Of a stretch of 64,000 nucleotides of DNA, positions 20,857-29,037 are shown piece after piece. Source of the DNA: an uncultured Gemmatimonadales bacterium (GTDB taxonomy: Bacteria; Gemmatimonadota; Gemmatimonadetes; Gemmatimonadales; GWC2-71-9). The notes beneath the pieces were generated by a model. That model was not told the DNA's origin, did not search any database, and saw only the letters and a list, made by a program, of their open reading frames with translations. How positions within the stretch are numbered: the stretch's first letter is position 1; the number at the start of each line of letters is the position of its first letter. Location: positions 158,932-222,931 of the forward strand of contig CAWIYG010000006.1 in the NCBI GenBank assembly GCA_963840215.1. Reading direction: 5' to 3'. The position numbers and the translations under genes are program-made.

Positions 20857-21186
20857 TCACCACGAGCCTCTCCGGGCGGCCGTCTCCTGGGGCCGTCCGG
20901 CCGCTTGTGCCGCCTCCTGCGCGAGAAACGTCCGGAACTGGAGCCGCGCCTCGCGCCACGGCGTGACACCCAGCGAGATCACGCCGACGCCATGGCCGCC
21001 CGACATCAGGTACACCGACAGATCGGTCAGCGGCAGCACGGTCGCCGACAACCAGAGGTCCTCGCTCGCCAGGGTGATCTCGGTGCCCGGCCCCGCCGCG
21101 CTGCCTGGGGCGAGGATCTCGTCGACCAGCTCGCGGGTGGCCAGCATGATCCGCTCGTACTCTCCGCTGCAAATTCTGAGTTTCAT
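20857..21186 (-). CDS. hypothetical protein
   Basis: Last 109 codons of ORF 20857..23082 (MKLRICSGEYERIMLATRELVDEILAPG...SVYLMSGGHGVGVISLGVTPWREARLQFRTFL). Non-repetitive composition, unlike the antisense junk upstream in the same ORF. Confidence 0.5.
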   Translation of the reverse strand: MKLRICSGEYERIMLATRELVDEILAPGSAAGPGTEITLASEDLWLSATVLPLTDLSVYLMSGGHGVGVISLGVTPWREARLQFRTFLAQEAAQAAGRPQETAARRGSW

Positions 21187-21203
21187 TCCCGTGCTCCCTC
21201 TGG

Positions 21204-21251
21204 GGTCGGACGGCGTGAGGTCGGACGGCAATATTGGACTTCGGTCCGACC
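21204..21251. promoter_or_regulatory. direct repeat GGTCGGACGGC x2 plus inverted partner GGTCCGACC in a divergent intergenic region
   Basis: GGTCGGACGGC at 21204-21214 and 21219-21229. tcGGTCCGACC at 21241-21251, separated by the only AT-rich patch (AATATTGGACTT). Lies between the hypothetical gene (minus) and the GAF kinase (plus). Confidence 0.35.
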
Positions 21252-21357
21252 ATCGCTGGCCGGCCACCGGACGAAAGTGAGGGGTCGCCACTGACCGCAG
21301 CCATCGGCACTGCGGCGGGCTTGCGGGGGGTGGGGCAGGGTAGCAAGATCGGAGCAC

Positions 21358-23103
21358 ATGACCAGGGACATGGCACCGCCTCCGCCTTCGGAGCCCAGCA
21401 CCGGACAGCTCCGGAAACTGCTGCGACAACGGGAGAGCGTGCGCGCGGTGGTGGAGACCATCAGCGGCGAGCTCGAGCTGCAGCCGCTGCTGGAGAGCAT
21501 CCTGCGCCATGCCTGCGAGCTGATCGGCGCCGAGCACGGCACCTTCGGCCTGGTGGACGAGGAGCGCGATCTGATCCGCACCGCGGCCGGCTATCGGATG
21601 CCGCCGGGCGAGGCCGGCGCCGAGATGCCGCGGGGCGTGGGGCTGGCGGGCGTGGTGCTCGAGCGCGGCACGCCCGTGGTGGTCGAGCGGTACGGCGACC
21701 TGCCGTTCCCCACCCACCCCGGCTTTGCGGAGCATTCCGTCATCGGCATGCCGATCGAGTGGGATGGGCGGATGATCGGGTTCCTCGGCGTCGGCACCGG
21801 CAGCCGCCTGATGGGCGCGGAAGAGGTCGAGACCCTCGCGCTGTTCGCGCGGCCGGCCGCGATCGCCATCGCCAACGCGTGGCGCTACGAGGACGAGCGG
21901 CAGCGGGCCGACCGGATGGCGCTGGTGGCGCGCGTCGCGCGGCTGGTCACGGCCGATCTCCGGCTCGACGAGCTGCTGCAGCGCGCGGCCGACGCGATCC
22001 ACGAGCTGCTGGGCTTCCCCAACCTCGCGATTCCCCTCATCGATCCCGAGCAGCCCGGCATGCTGGTGCTCAGCGTGAAGGGCGGCAGCTACAAGCAGCG
22101 CATCCCGGGCGAGTATCACATCCCGGTCACGACCGGCCTCATGGGCGAAGCCGCGCGCACCCGCCGGACCGTCCTGGTCAACGACGTCACGGCGGACCCG
22201 CGCTACCTGCCGACGCCGGGCGGGGTGCAGGCGCGGGCCGAGCTCGCGGTCCCCATCGTACTCGGCGAACGGGTGCTCGGCGTCGTCAACGTGGAGCGCG
22301 ACGAGCCCTTCTGCGACGAGGATGCCGCCATCGTCGGCATCATCGCCGACCAGCTCGCCGTGGCGATCGACAACGCGCGGCTGTACGCGAGCGCGCAGCA
22401 GGTGGCCGTGCTCGAGGAGCGGCAGCGGCTGGCACGCGAGCTCCACGACGCCGTCACGCAGCACCTCTCCAGCCTCACCCTGATGGCCCAGACCCTCGGT
22501 CCCGCGTACAGTCGCGGCCGCGAAGAAGGGGAAAGCCGGGCGCGGCGGGTGGTCGAGCTGAGCCAGGTGGCGCTGGACGAAATGCGCGTGCTGCTGGCCG
22601 AGCTCCGGCCCAGAGCGACGCGGCGGACGAACGGCGACGGCGAGGCCGACGCGCCGGCGGGATCGGCGCGGGCGCGCCTTCGCCACCACGGGCTGGCGGA
22701 GGCCCTGGCGCTGCTCGCCGGCGAAGTGTCGCACGACGCGCTGCCGGTGGAGGTGGAGCTCGCCCGGTACGTGCCCCGGCCGCTCGCCGAGGAGGAGGCC
22801 CTCTACCGGATCGCCCAGGAGGCGCTGAGCAACGTCGTGAAGCATGCCCGCGCCGCCCGCGTGCGCCTCCGGCTGGCGACCGACGGCCGGGCGACCCTGC
22901 TGCGCCTCGCCGACGACGGCGTGGGCCTGACGGCCTCGGTCGAGCGCACCGGTGAGCACGCGGTGCAGATGGGCGGGCTCGGCCTGCTGACGATGCGCGA
23001 GCGGGCCACCGCGATCGGCGGTACGATCCGCATCGATTCCGCCCCCGGCGGGGGCACTACCATCGAGGTCATGGTGCCGCACGACGCTGAGCGCCGCTCG
23101 TGA
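21358..23103 (+). CDS. tandem-GAF sensor histidine kinase (HisKA_3/NarX-type)
   Basis: Intact ORF. Two GAF-like regions, H-box ERQRLARELHDAVTQHL and an ATPase region (ALSNVVKHARA..., GLGLLTMRERATAIGG). Confidence 0.9.
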   Translation: MTRDMAPPPPSEPSTGQLRKLLRQRESVRAVVETISGELELQPLLESILRHACELIGAEHGTFGLVDEERDLIRTAAGYRMPPGEAGAEMPRGVGLAGVVLERGTPVVVERYGDLPFPTHPGFAEHSVIGMPIEWDGRMIGFLGVGTGSRLMGAEEVETLALFARPAAIAIANAWRYEDERQRADRMALVARVARLVTADLRLDELLQRAADAIHELLGFPNLAIPLIDPEQPGMLVLSVKGGSYKQRIPGEYHIPVTTGLMGEAARTRRTVLVNDVTADPRYLPTPGGVQARAELAVPIVLGERVLGVVNVERDEPFCDEDAAIVGIIADQLAVAIDNARLYASAQQVAVLEERQRLARELHDAVTQHLSSLTLMAQTLGPAYSRGREEGESRARRVVELSQVALDEMRVLLAELRPRATRRTNGDGEADAPAGSARARLRHHGLAEALALLAGEVSHDALPVEVELARYVPRPLAEEEALYRIAQEALSNVVKHARAARVRLRLATDGRATLLRLADDGVGLTASVERTGEHAVQMGGLGLLTMRERATAIGGTIRIDSAPGGGTTIEVMVPHDAERRS

Positions 23104-23774
23104 GCCCCGAGCGGCTGGGGCACGCGGGGCCGGTCCGGGTGCTGATCGCGGACGACCACCAGGTCGTCCGCGAAGGGCTCCGCATGATCCTGTCGGAGGA
23201 GCGGGAGACGATCGAGATCGTGGGCGAGGCGGCGGACGGACACGAGGTCCTGCGCCTGGCGGAGCGCCTCAAGCCGGACGTCGTGCTGATGGATCTGCTG
23301 ATGCCGGGTCTCGACGGCATCGCGGCCACCGAGCGGCTCCGGGCGGGCGGCGGCGGGCCGCGGGTCCTCATCCTCACGACCTATGCCGACGACGAGCGGG
23401 TGCGCGACGCCATCCGGGCCGGCGCCACCGGCTACCTGCTCAAGGACGTCCTGCGCGCGCAGCTGGTGCAGGCGATCCACGCCGCCGCGCTCGGCGTCCC
23501 CACGCTCGACCCGCGCGCCCAGCAGCACCTCATGCGGCAGGTCTCCACGCCGCCGTCCGCGTCGCCCTTCGCGGGGCTCACGCCCCGCGAGCTCGACGTC
23601 CTCCGGCTGGTGGCGCGCGGCATGGGAAACAAGCAGATCGCGGGAGCGCTCAACCTGAGCGTGGGCACCGTGAAGGGGTACGTGAGCGCGATCCTGCCCA
23701 AGATCCACGCAGGCGACCGCACCCAGGCCGCGCTCTTCGCGGTGAAGCATGGCCTCGAGGACGCGTCACGCTGA
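23100..23774 (+). CDS. NarL/LuxR-family response regulator
   Basis: GTG start overlaps the kinase stop (GTGA). Receiver domain (VLIADDHQVVREGL...VVLMDLLMPGLDG) and LuxR HTH (LTPRELDVLRLVARGMGNKQIAGALNLSVGTVKGY). Confidence 0.9.
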   Translation: MSPERLGHAGPVRVLIADDHQVVREGLRMILSEERETIEIVGEAADGHEVLRLAERLKPDVVLMDLLMPGLDGIAATERLRAGGGGPRVLILTTYADDERVRDAIRAGATGYLLKDVLRAQLVQAIHAAALGVPTLDPRAQQHLMRQVSTPPSASPFAGLTPRELDVLRLVARGMGNKQIAGALNLSVGTVKGYVSAILPKIHAGDRTQAALFAVKHGLEDASR

Positions 23775-23826
23775 AGGGGTGACACGCGCGGGGCCCCGAT
23801 TCCGTACGACGGTAGCGGGCGACGAG

Positions 23827-24942
23827 ATGCTGCCCATGCCAACGACCGAGGTGCAGCACATGCGTCACGAAGAGATCGAGACCGTCATCATCGGCGCCGG
23901 GCAGGCCGGGCTGTCCGTGGGCTACCACCTGGCGCGCCGCGGCGTGCCGTTCGTCATCCTGGAGGCCAATCAGCGCGTCGGTGACACCTGGCGGCGGCGC
24001 TGGGACTCGCTCCGCCTGTTCACGCCCGCCCGCTTCGACGGGCTCGACGGCCTGCCGTTCCCGGCGTCGGCCCACGCGTTTCCGACCAAGGACCAGATGG
24101 CCGATTACCTCGAGTCTTACGCCCAGCGGTTCGGGCTCCCGGTGCGGACCGGGGTCACGGTGGACCGGGTCACGCGAGCGGACGGCGGTTTCTTCGTCTC
24201 GGCCGGCGAGCTCCGGATCCGCGCCGAGCAGGTCGTGGTCGCGATGGCGACCTACCAGAAGCCGCGCGTGCCGGCGTTCGCGGCCGAGCTCGACCTGGAG
24301 ATCGTCCAGCTGCATTCGCTCGAGTACCGGAACCCCGGCCAGCTGCGCGACGGCGGCGTGCTCATCGTCGGGGCGGGAAACTCGGGCTCCGAAATCGCCA
24401 TGGAGCTTGCCTGCACCGGGCGCGCGACGTGGATGTCGGGGCGGGACACCGGCCACGTTCCGTTCCGGATCGACGGCACCGCCGCCCGCCTCGGCCTCCT
24501 CCGTCTGGTGCTCCGGGGGCTGTTCCACCGCGTGCTGACGCTGGATACGCCGCTGGGGCGCAAGGTCCGCCCGAAGGCGACCTCGCGGGGCGCGCCGCTG
24601 ATCCGGGTCAAGCCGCAGGACCTCGCGGCCGCCGGCGTCGTCCGGGTGCCGAGAATGGCCGGCGTCCGCGGCGGCCTGCCGGTGCTGGACGACGGCCGCG
24701 TGCTCGAGGTGACGAACGTCGTCTGGTGTACGGGGTTCGAGCCAGGGTTCACCTGGATCGACCTGGGGGGAGTGTTCGACGACCGCGGCGAGCCGGCTCA
24801 CGAGCGGGGCGTCGTCGCCGCGGCGCCCGGGCTCAGCTTCGTCGGCCTGCATTTCCTGTATGCCATGTCGTCCACGATGATCCACGGCGCGGGACGCGAT
24901 GCCGAGTACGTGGCCAGGCGGATCGCGGGAAGCGCGGCCTGA
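23827..24942 (+). CDS. FAD/NAD(P)-binding flavin monooxygenase-like oxidoreductase
   Basis: ORF 23749..24942. Two dinucleotide motifs: VIIGAGQAGLSVGYHL and LIVGAGNSGSEIA. The alternative start ATG 23860 (MRHEEIETV) is equally possible. Confidence 0.8.
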   Translation: MLPMPTTEVQHMRHEEIETVIIGAGQAGLSVGYHLARRGVPFVILEANQRVGDTWRRRWDSLRLFTPARFDGLDGLPFPASAHAFPTKDQMADYLESYAQRFGLPVRTGVTVDRVTRADGGFFVSAGELRIRAEQVVVAMATYQKPRVPAFAAELDLEIVQLHSLEYRNPGQLRDGGVLIVGAGNSGSEIAMELACTGRATWMSGRDTGHVPFRIDGTAARLGLLRLVLRGLFHRVLTLDTPLGRKVRPKATSRGAPLIRVKPQDLAAAGVVRVPRMAGVRGGLPVLDDGRVLEVTNVVWCTGFEPGFTWIDLGGVFDDRGEPAHERGVVAAAPGLSFVGLHFLYAMSSTMIHGAGRDAEYVARRIAGSAA

Positions 24943-24986
24943 GCGCAGCCTTCCCAGTCGCCAAGAGCGCCGAAGGCCTCGCCGTC

Positions 24987-25478
24987 TCAGCTCCGGGCGG
25001 CTGGCTCGCGGAACCCCCGCTGCGCCGCCCAGCCGAGCCAGACGAACAATGCCAACACGAGAAGCTGCGTCAGGAGGAACGGCGCCTCCTTCTGCGTCGG
25101 CGCGGACACGAGCATCGCGGGGATCCGCCGGAAGAGCTGGACCAGCAGGACGAAGACGTTGAGGTAGAGCGTGAAGACCGCGCCGACCACGTACACGGTG
25201 CGCCAGCCGCCGGCCAGGTGCTTCCAGTAGCGCGCCGCGATCACGATCGGCAGGATGAGCAGCGACAGGATGCCCACGCCGTGCGACGCCATGAACGTCG
25301 TGAAGCGAAAGCCGAACCCCGTGACGTTGGTCAGCACGGTCGTCACCAGGAACAGTCCGGTCCACCCGTCCAGCCGATTCCCCGCCACCAGCCCTCCGGC
25401 AACGACCAGCCCCGCGAAGATCCCGACGAGGCTCAGCACCACGTGAATCAGCGTGAACGTCGTGACGTCGAAGAGCAT
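24987..25478 (-). CDS. integral membrane protein
   Basis: ORF 24987..25478 with 5 hydrophobic helices (e.g. FTLIHVVLSLVGIFAGLVVAGGLV, ILSLLILPIVIAARYW). Confidence 0.65.
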   Translation of the reverse strand: MLFDVTTFTLIHVVLSLVGIFAGLVVAGGLVAGNRLDGWTGLFLVTTVLTNVTGFGFRFTTFMASHGVGILSLLILPIVIAARYWKHLAGGWRTVYVVGAVFTLYLNVFVLLVQLFRRIPAMLVSAPTQKEAPFLLTQLLVLALFVWLGWAAQRGFREPAARS

Positions 25479-25592
25479 GCTCGCGTCCTTTACAGGAGTG
25501 TGTCACAGGGGTGCGCCGACAACATGTGAGCCGGTCGCGCGGTTCGCAACCGGCTAAATTCCCCCGTCCGCCAACCTCACCGACGAGCGTAC

Positions 25593-27803
25593 ATGCACGC
25601 CCTTCTGCTGCTCCTGTCCGTCACCGCGATCACCCAGGCTCCCGCGCCCCGCGCCCCGCACGCCGATATCGTCCGCTGGGAGCGTGCGGCGCGCGCGGTC
25701 ACGATCACCCGGGACGACTGGGGCATCGCGCACGTCCGCGGGAAGACCGACGCCGACGCCGTGTTCGGGATGATCTATGCCCAGGCCGAGGACGACTTCA
25801 ACCGGGTCGAGGCCAACTACCTCCTGTCGATCGGGCGAATGGCCGAGGCGGAGGGGGAGGGTGCGATCTGGCAGGACCTCCGGATGAAGCTGTTCATCGA
25901 TCCCGACAAAATGCGCGCCAGGTACGCCGCGAGCCCCGCTTGGCTGCGCCGCCTCATGGACGCCTGGGCCGACGGGCTCAACTACTACCTCCACACGCAT
26001 CCGGCCGTGAAGCCGCGAGTCATCCGGCGCTTCGAGCCGTGGATGGCGCTCACGTTCAGCGAGGGCAGCATCGGCGGGGACATCGAGAGCGTGGACCTCG
26101 ACCAGCTCCGGGCGTTCTACGGCGACAGCGCCGCCAACCGGGCCGCGCCGCCCGCTACGACGGGCGACGGCAACACGGAGCCCACGGGCTCGAACGGCTT
26201 CGCGATCGCGCCGTCCAACACCGCCAGCGGCCGGGCGCTCCTCCTCATCAACCCGCACACGTCGTTCTTCTTCCGCGCCGAGCTCCAGATGACGAGCGAG
26301 GAGGGGCTCAACGCGTATGGCGCCGCCACGTGGGGGCAGTTCTTCGTCTACCAGGGCTTCAACGACCGGGTCGGCTGGATGCACACATCCACGGGCGCGG
26401 ACGTGATCGATGAGTACGCCGAGACCGTCGTGCGGAGGGGCGGCCGGCTCTTCTACAAGTACGGCCGCGAGGAGCGGCCCATGGAGACCGGACGCATCAC
26501 CGTCCCCTACCGGGTGGCCGGCGGCATGGCACGCCGGACGTTCACCGTCTACCGGACACGCCATGGGCCCATCGTCCGCGCTGCCGACGGCAAGTGGATC
26601 AGCGTCCGGCTCATGGAGAAGCCCGTCGAGGCGTTGAGCCAGTCGTTTCTCCGCACCAAGGCGCGGACGCTGGCCGAGTATCGCAAGGTGATGGAGCTCC
26701 ACGCCAACTCGTCGAACAACGACGTCTACGCCGACGCCGACGGGCACATCGCCTACTGGCACCCGCAGTTCGTCCCGCGGCGGGACGACCGGTTCGACTG
26801 GACCCGGCCGGTGGACGGAAGCGATCCCGCCACCGAGTGGCTCGGTGTGCACGGGGTCGAGGAGAGCCCGCACGTGATCGACCCGCCGACCGGCTGGATC
26901 CAGAACACCAACAACTGGCCGTACTCGGCGGCGGGCCCGGACAGCCCGAAGGCGAAGGACTTTCCGCGGTACATGGACAACGCCGGCGAGAGCCCGCGCG
27001 GGCTCCACGCGATCCGGGTGCTGGAAGGGCGCAAGGACTTTACGCTCGAGCGGCTCCGGGACGCGGCGTTCGACAGCTATCTCACGGCGTTCGCGCAGCT
27101 CGTGCCGCCGCTGCTGGCGGCGTACGACTCGCTGCCGGGAGCGGTGCCGGGCGGGGACTCGCTGAACACGACGCTCGCCGAGCCGATCGCGGCGCTGCGC
27201 GGCTGGGACTATCGCTGGTCGGCGGGCTCGGTGCCGACGTCGGTCGCGGTGTACTGGGGGGAGGGGCTCATGGGTCTCGTGCGGGACCGGGCCTACCCGC
27301 CCGGTATGGCCGTGTACGACAGCATGGTGACGGGGACGACGGCAGCGCAGAAGCTGAGGGCGCTCGCCGCCGCGGTCGGACGTCTCACGCGCGACTTCGG
27401 AACCTGGCGGACGCCGTGGGGGGAGATCAACCGGTTTCAGCGCCTCACCGGCGACATCGTGCAGCAGTTCGACGATGCGGCGCCGAGCACGCCGGTTCCC
27501 TTCACGTCGGCGCGGTGGGGATCGCTGGCGGCCTTCGGCGCGCGGACGTATCCGGGGACGCGGCGCCAATACGGCACCTACGGCAACAGCTTCGTGGCGG
27601 TGGTGGAGTTCGGCAAGGACAGCGTGCGGGCGCGGGCGGTGACGGCGGGCGGCGAGAGCGGCGATCCGCGGTCGCCGCACTTCGGGGACCAGGCGGAGCG
27701 ATACGCGGAGGGGAGCCTGCGGGACGTGTACTTCTATCCCGGGCAGCTCGAGGGGCACACGGAGCGGGCTTACCGCCCGGGCGGCGGACCGCCGGGCAGG
27801 TAG
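25593..27803 (+). CDS. penicillin-acylase-family (S45, Ntn-hydrolase) acylase, secreted
   Basis: Intact 736-aa ORF. Signal peptide, then ITRDDWGIAHVRGKTDADAVFGMIYAQAEDDF, the processing site/nucleophile ...TGSNGFAIAPS, and LLINPHTSFF. Confidence 0.9.
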   Translation: MHALLLLLSVTAITQAPAPRAPHADIVRWERAARAVTITRDDWGIAHVRGKTDADAVFGMIYAQAEDDFNRVEANYLLSIGRMAEAEGEGAIWQDLRMKLFIDPDKMRARYAASPAWLRRLMDAWADGLNYYLHTHPAVKPRVIRRFEPWMALTFSEGSIGGDIESVDLDQLRAFYGDSAANRAAPPATTGDGNTEPTGSNGFAIAPSNTASGRALLLINPHTSFFFRAELQMTSEEGLNAYGAATWGQFFVYQGFNDRVGWMHTSTGADVIDEYAETVVRRGGRLFYKYGREERPMETGRITVPYRVAGGMARRTFTVYRTRHGPIVRAADGKWISVRLMEKPVEALSQSFLRTKARTLAEYRKVMELHANSSNNDVYADADGHIAYWHPQFVPRRDDRFDWTRPVDGSDPATEWLGVHGVEESPHVIDPPTGWIQNTNNWPYSAAGPDSPKAKDFPRYMDNAGESPRGLHAIRVLEGRKDFTLERLRDAAFDSYLTAFAQLVPPLLAAYDSLPGAVPGGDSLNTTLAEPIAALRGWDYRWSAGSVPTSVAVYWGEGLMGLVRDRAYPPGMAVYDSMVTGTTAAQKLRALAAAVGRLTRDFGTWRTPWGEINRFQRLTGDIVQQFDDAAPSTPVPFTSARWGSLAAFGARTYPGTRRQYGTYGNSFVAVVEFGKDSVRARAVTAGGESGDPRSPHFGDQAERYAEGSLRDVYFYPGQLEGHTERAYRPGGGPPGR

Positions 27804-27891
27804 GTCGCCCCAACCTTCCCATTGGCTCCCCCTCCCGCTTACGTACTTCCCTATCGGGGGCCGCCTCGATCCGCCGCTCCCAGGAGCTCGC

Positions 27892-28878
27892 ATGCCCGAG
27901 ACCAAATCCGCCAAGAAGAAAGCCGCCCCTCGCCGGAAGAAGCGCCCCGAAGGCGCCCCCCGCTCCCGCGGCATCGCCCCCGACGCGCTCGGCGAAGGAT
28001 CGCCTCCGGCTGCTGTCGTCCGCCTGGCCGAGGCGATCGAATCGGACGGCGGCACGGCGCTCGCCACGTATCGCGATCCCCTCGGCGGCCACTGGCAGAT
28101 CTTCGCTGGCCTCCCCATCGATCTGGTCGAGCCCACGCCCTACCAGCGCGACCTCAGCGACGCCCACGTCGCCAAGCTCTGTTCGGCGATGGACCGCCTT
28201 GGCCGCTACCTCGACCCGATGGTGGTCGTGCGCACCCCGGACGGCCACTACTGGACTCCCAACGGCAACCACCGGCTCGCCGCCATGCGCACGCTCGGCG
28301 CCCGCGCGGCCGTCGCCATCGTGGTGCCGGAGCCCGAGGTGGCCCACCGCATCCTGCTGCTCAACACCGAGAAGGCGCACAATCTCCGCGAGCGTGCGCT
28401 CGAGGTCGCGCGGTTGGCGCAAAACCTCGCCGAGCTCGACGACCGGCCCGAGCGCCAGTTCGAGACCGAGTTCGAGGAGGCCGCGCTCCTGACGCTCGGC
28501 CTCTGCTACCTGGAGAACGGACGGTTCGCGGGCGGCGCCTACCACCCGGTGCTCCGGCGGATCGACAAGTTCCTCGGCGTCGCGCTGCCGAAGGCGCTGG
28601 AGATCCGCCGGGCGCGCGCGGCGCGGGTGCTCGAGCTCGAGGAGGCGGTCAGCGCGGCCGTGAAGGCGCTCAAGGAGCGCGGGTTCGAGAGCCCGTACCT
28701 CCGGGCGTTCGTGGTCGCCCGCGTCAACCCGCTCCGCTTCCAGCGGGGGGCCAAGGCGGAATTCGACGAGACGCTCGACAAGATGCTCGCCGCCGCCCGC
28801 CGCTTCGATCCGGCCAGGATCAAGGCCGACCAGGTGGCCCGTGCCGCCGGTCCTCCGGAGGAGTCGGCCTCGGGCTGA
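27892..28878 (+). CDS. ParB/sulfiredoxin-fold (ParB N-terminal-like) domain protein
   Basis: ORF 27892..28878. Basic N-terminal tail, then PTPYQRDLSDAHVAKL...PMVVVRTPDGHYWTPNGNHRLAAMRTLG, which aligns to the ParB box with GNHR in place of GERR. Helical C-terminal half. Confidence 0.7.
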   Translation: MPETKSAKKKAAPRRKKRPEGAPRSRGIAPDALGEGSPPAAVVRLAEAIESDGGTALATYRDPLGGHWQIFAGLPIDLVEPTPYQRDLSDAHVAKLCSAMDRLGRYLDPMVVVRTPDGHYWTPNGNHRLAAMRTLGARAAVAIVVPEPEVAHRILLLNTEKAHNLRERALEVARLAQNLAELDDRPERQFETEFEEAALLTLGLCYLENGRFAGGAYHPVLRRIDKFLGVALPKALEIRRARAARVLELEEAVSAAVKALKERGFESPYLRAFVVARVNPLRFQRGAKAEFDETLDKMLAAARRFDPARIKADQVARAAGPPEESASG

Positions 28879-29037
28879 CGAGCCGGGGCGGCCGTCCTGT
28901 GGCAACCGCGCAGCATGCGCGGTTCTTGCAGCCTGCAAGCCATGGCATTGCAATAACATACAGGTAATCTTCAGGCACCGCCGCGGCCCGAAACCTGCAT
29001 GTTCGCGCCGGTATATGTCCCCCAAAATTTCTTCCCG

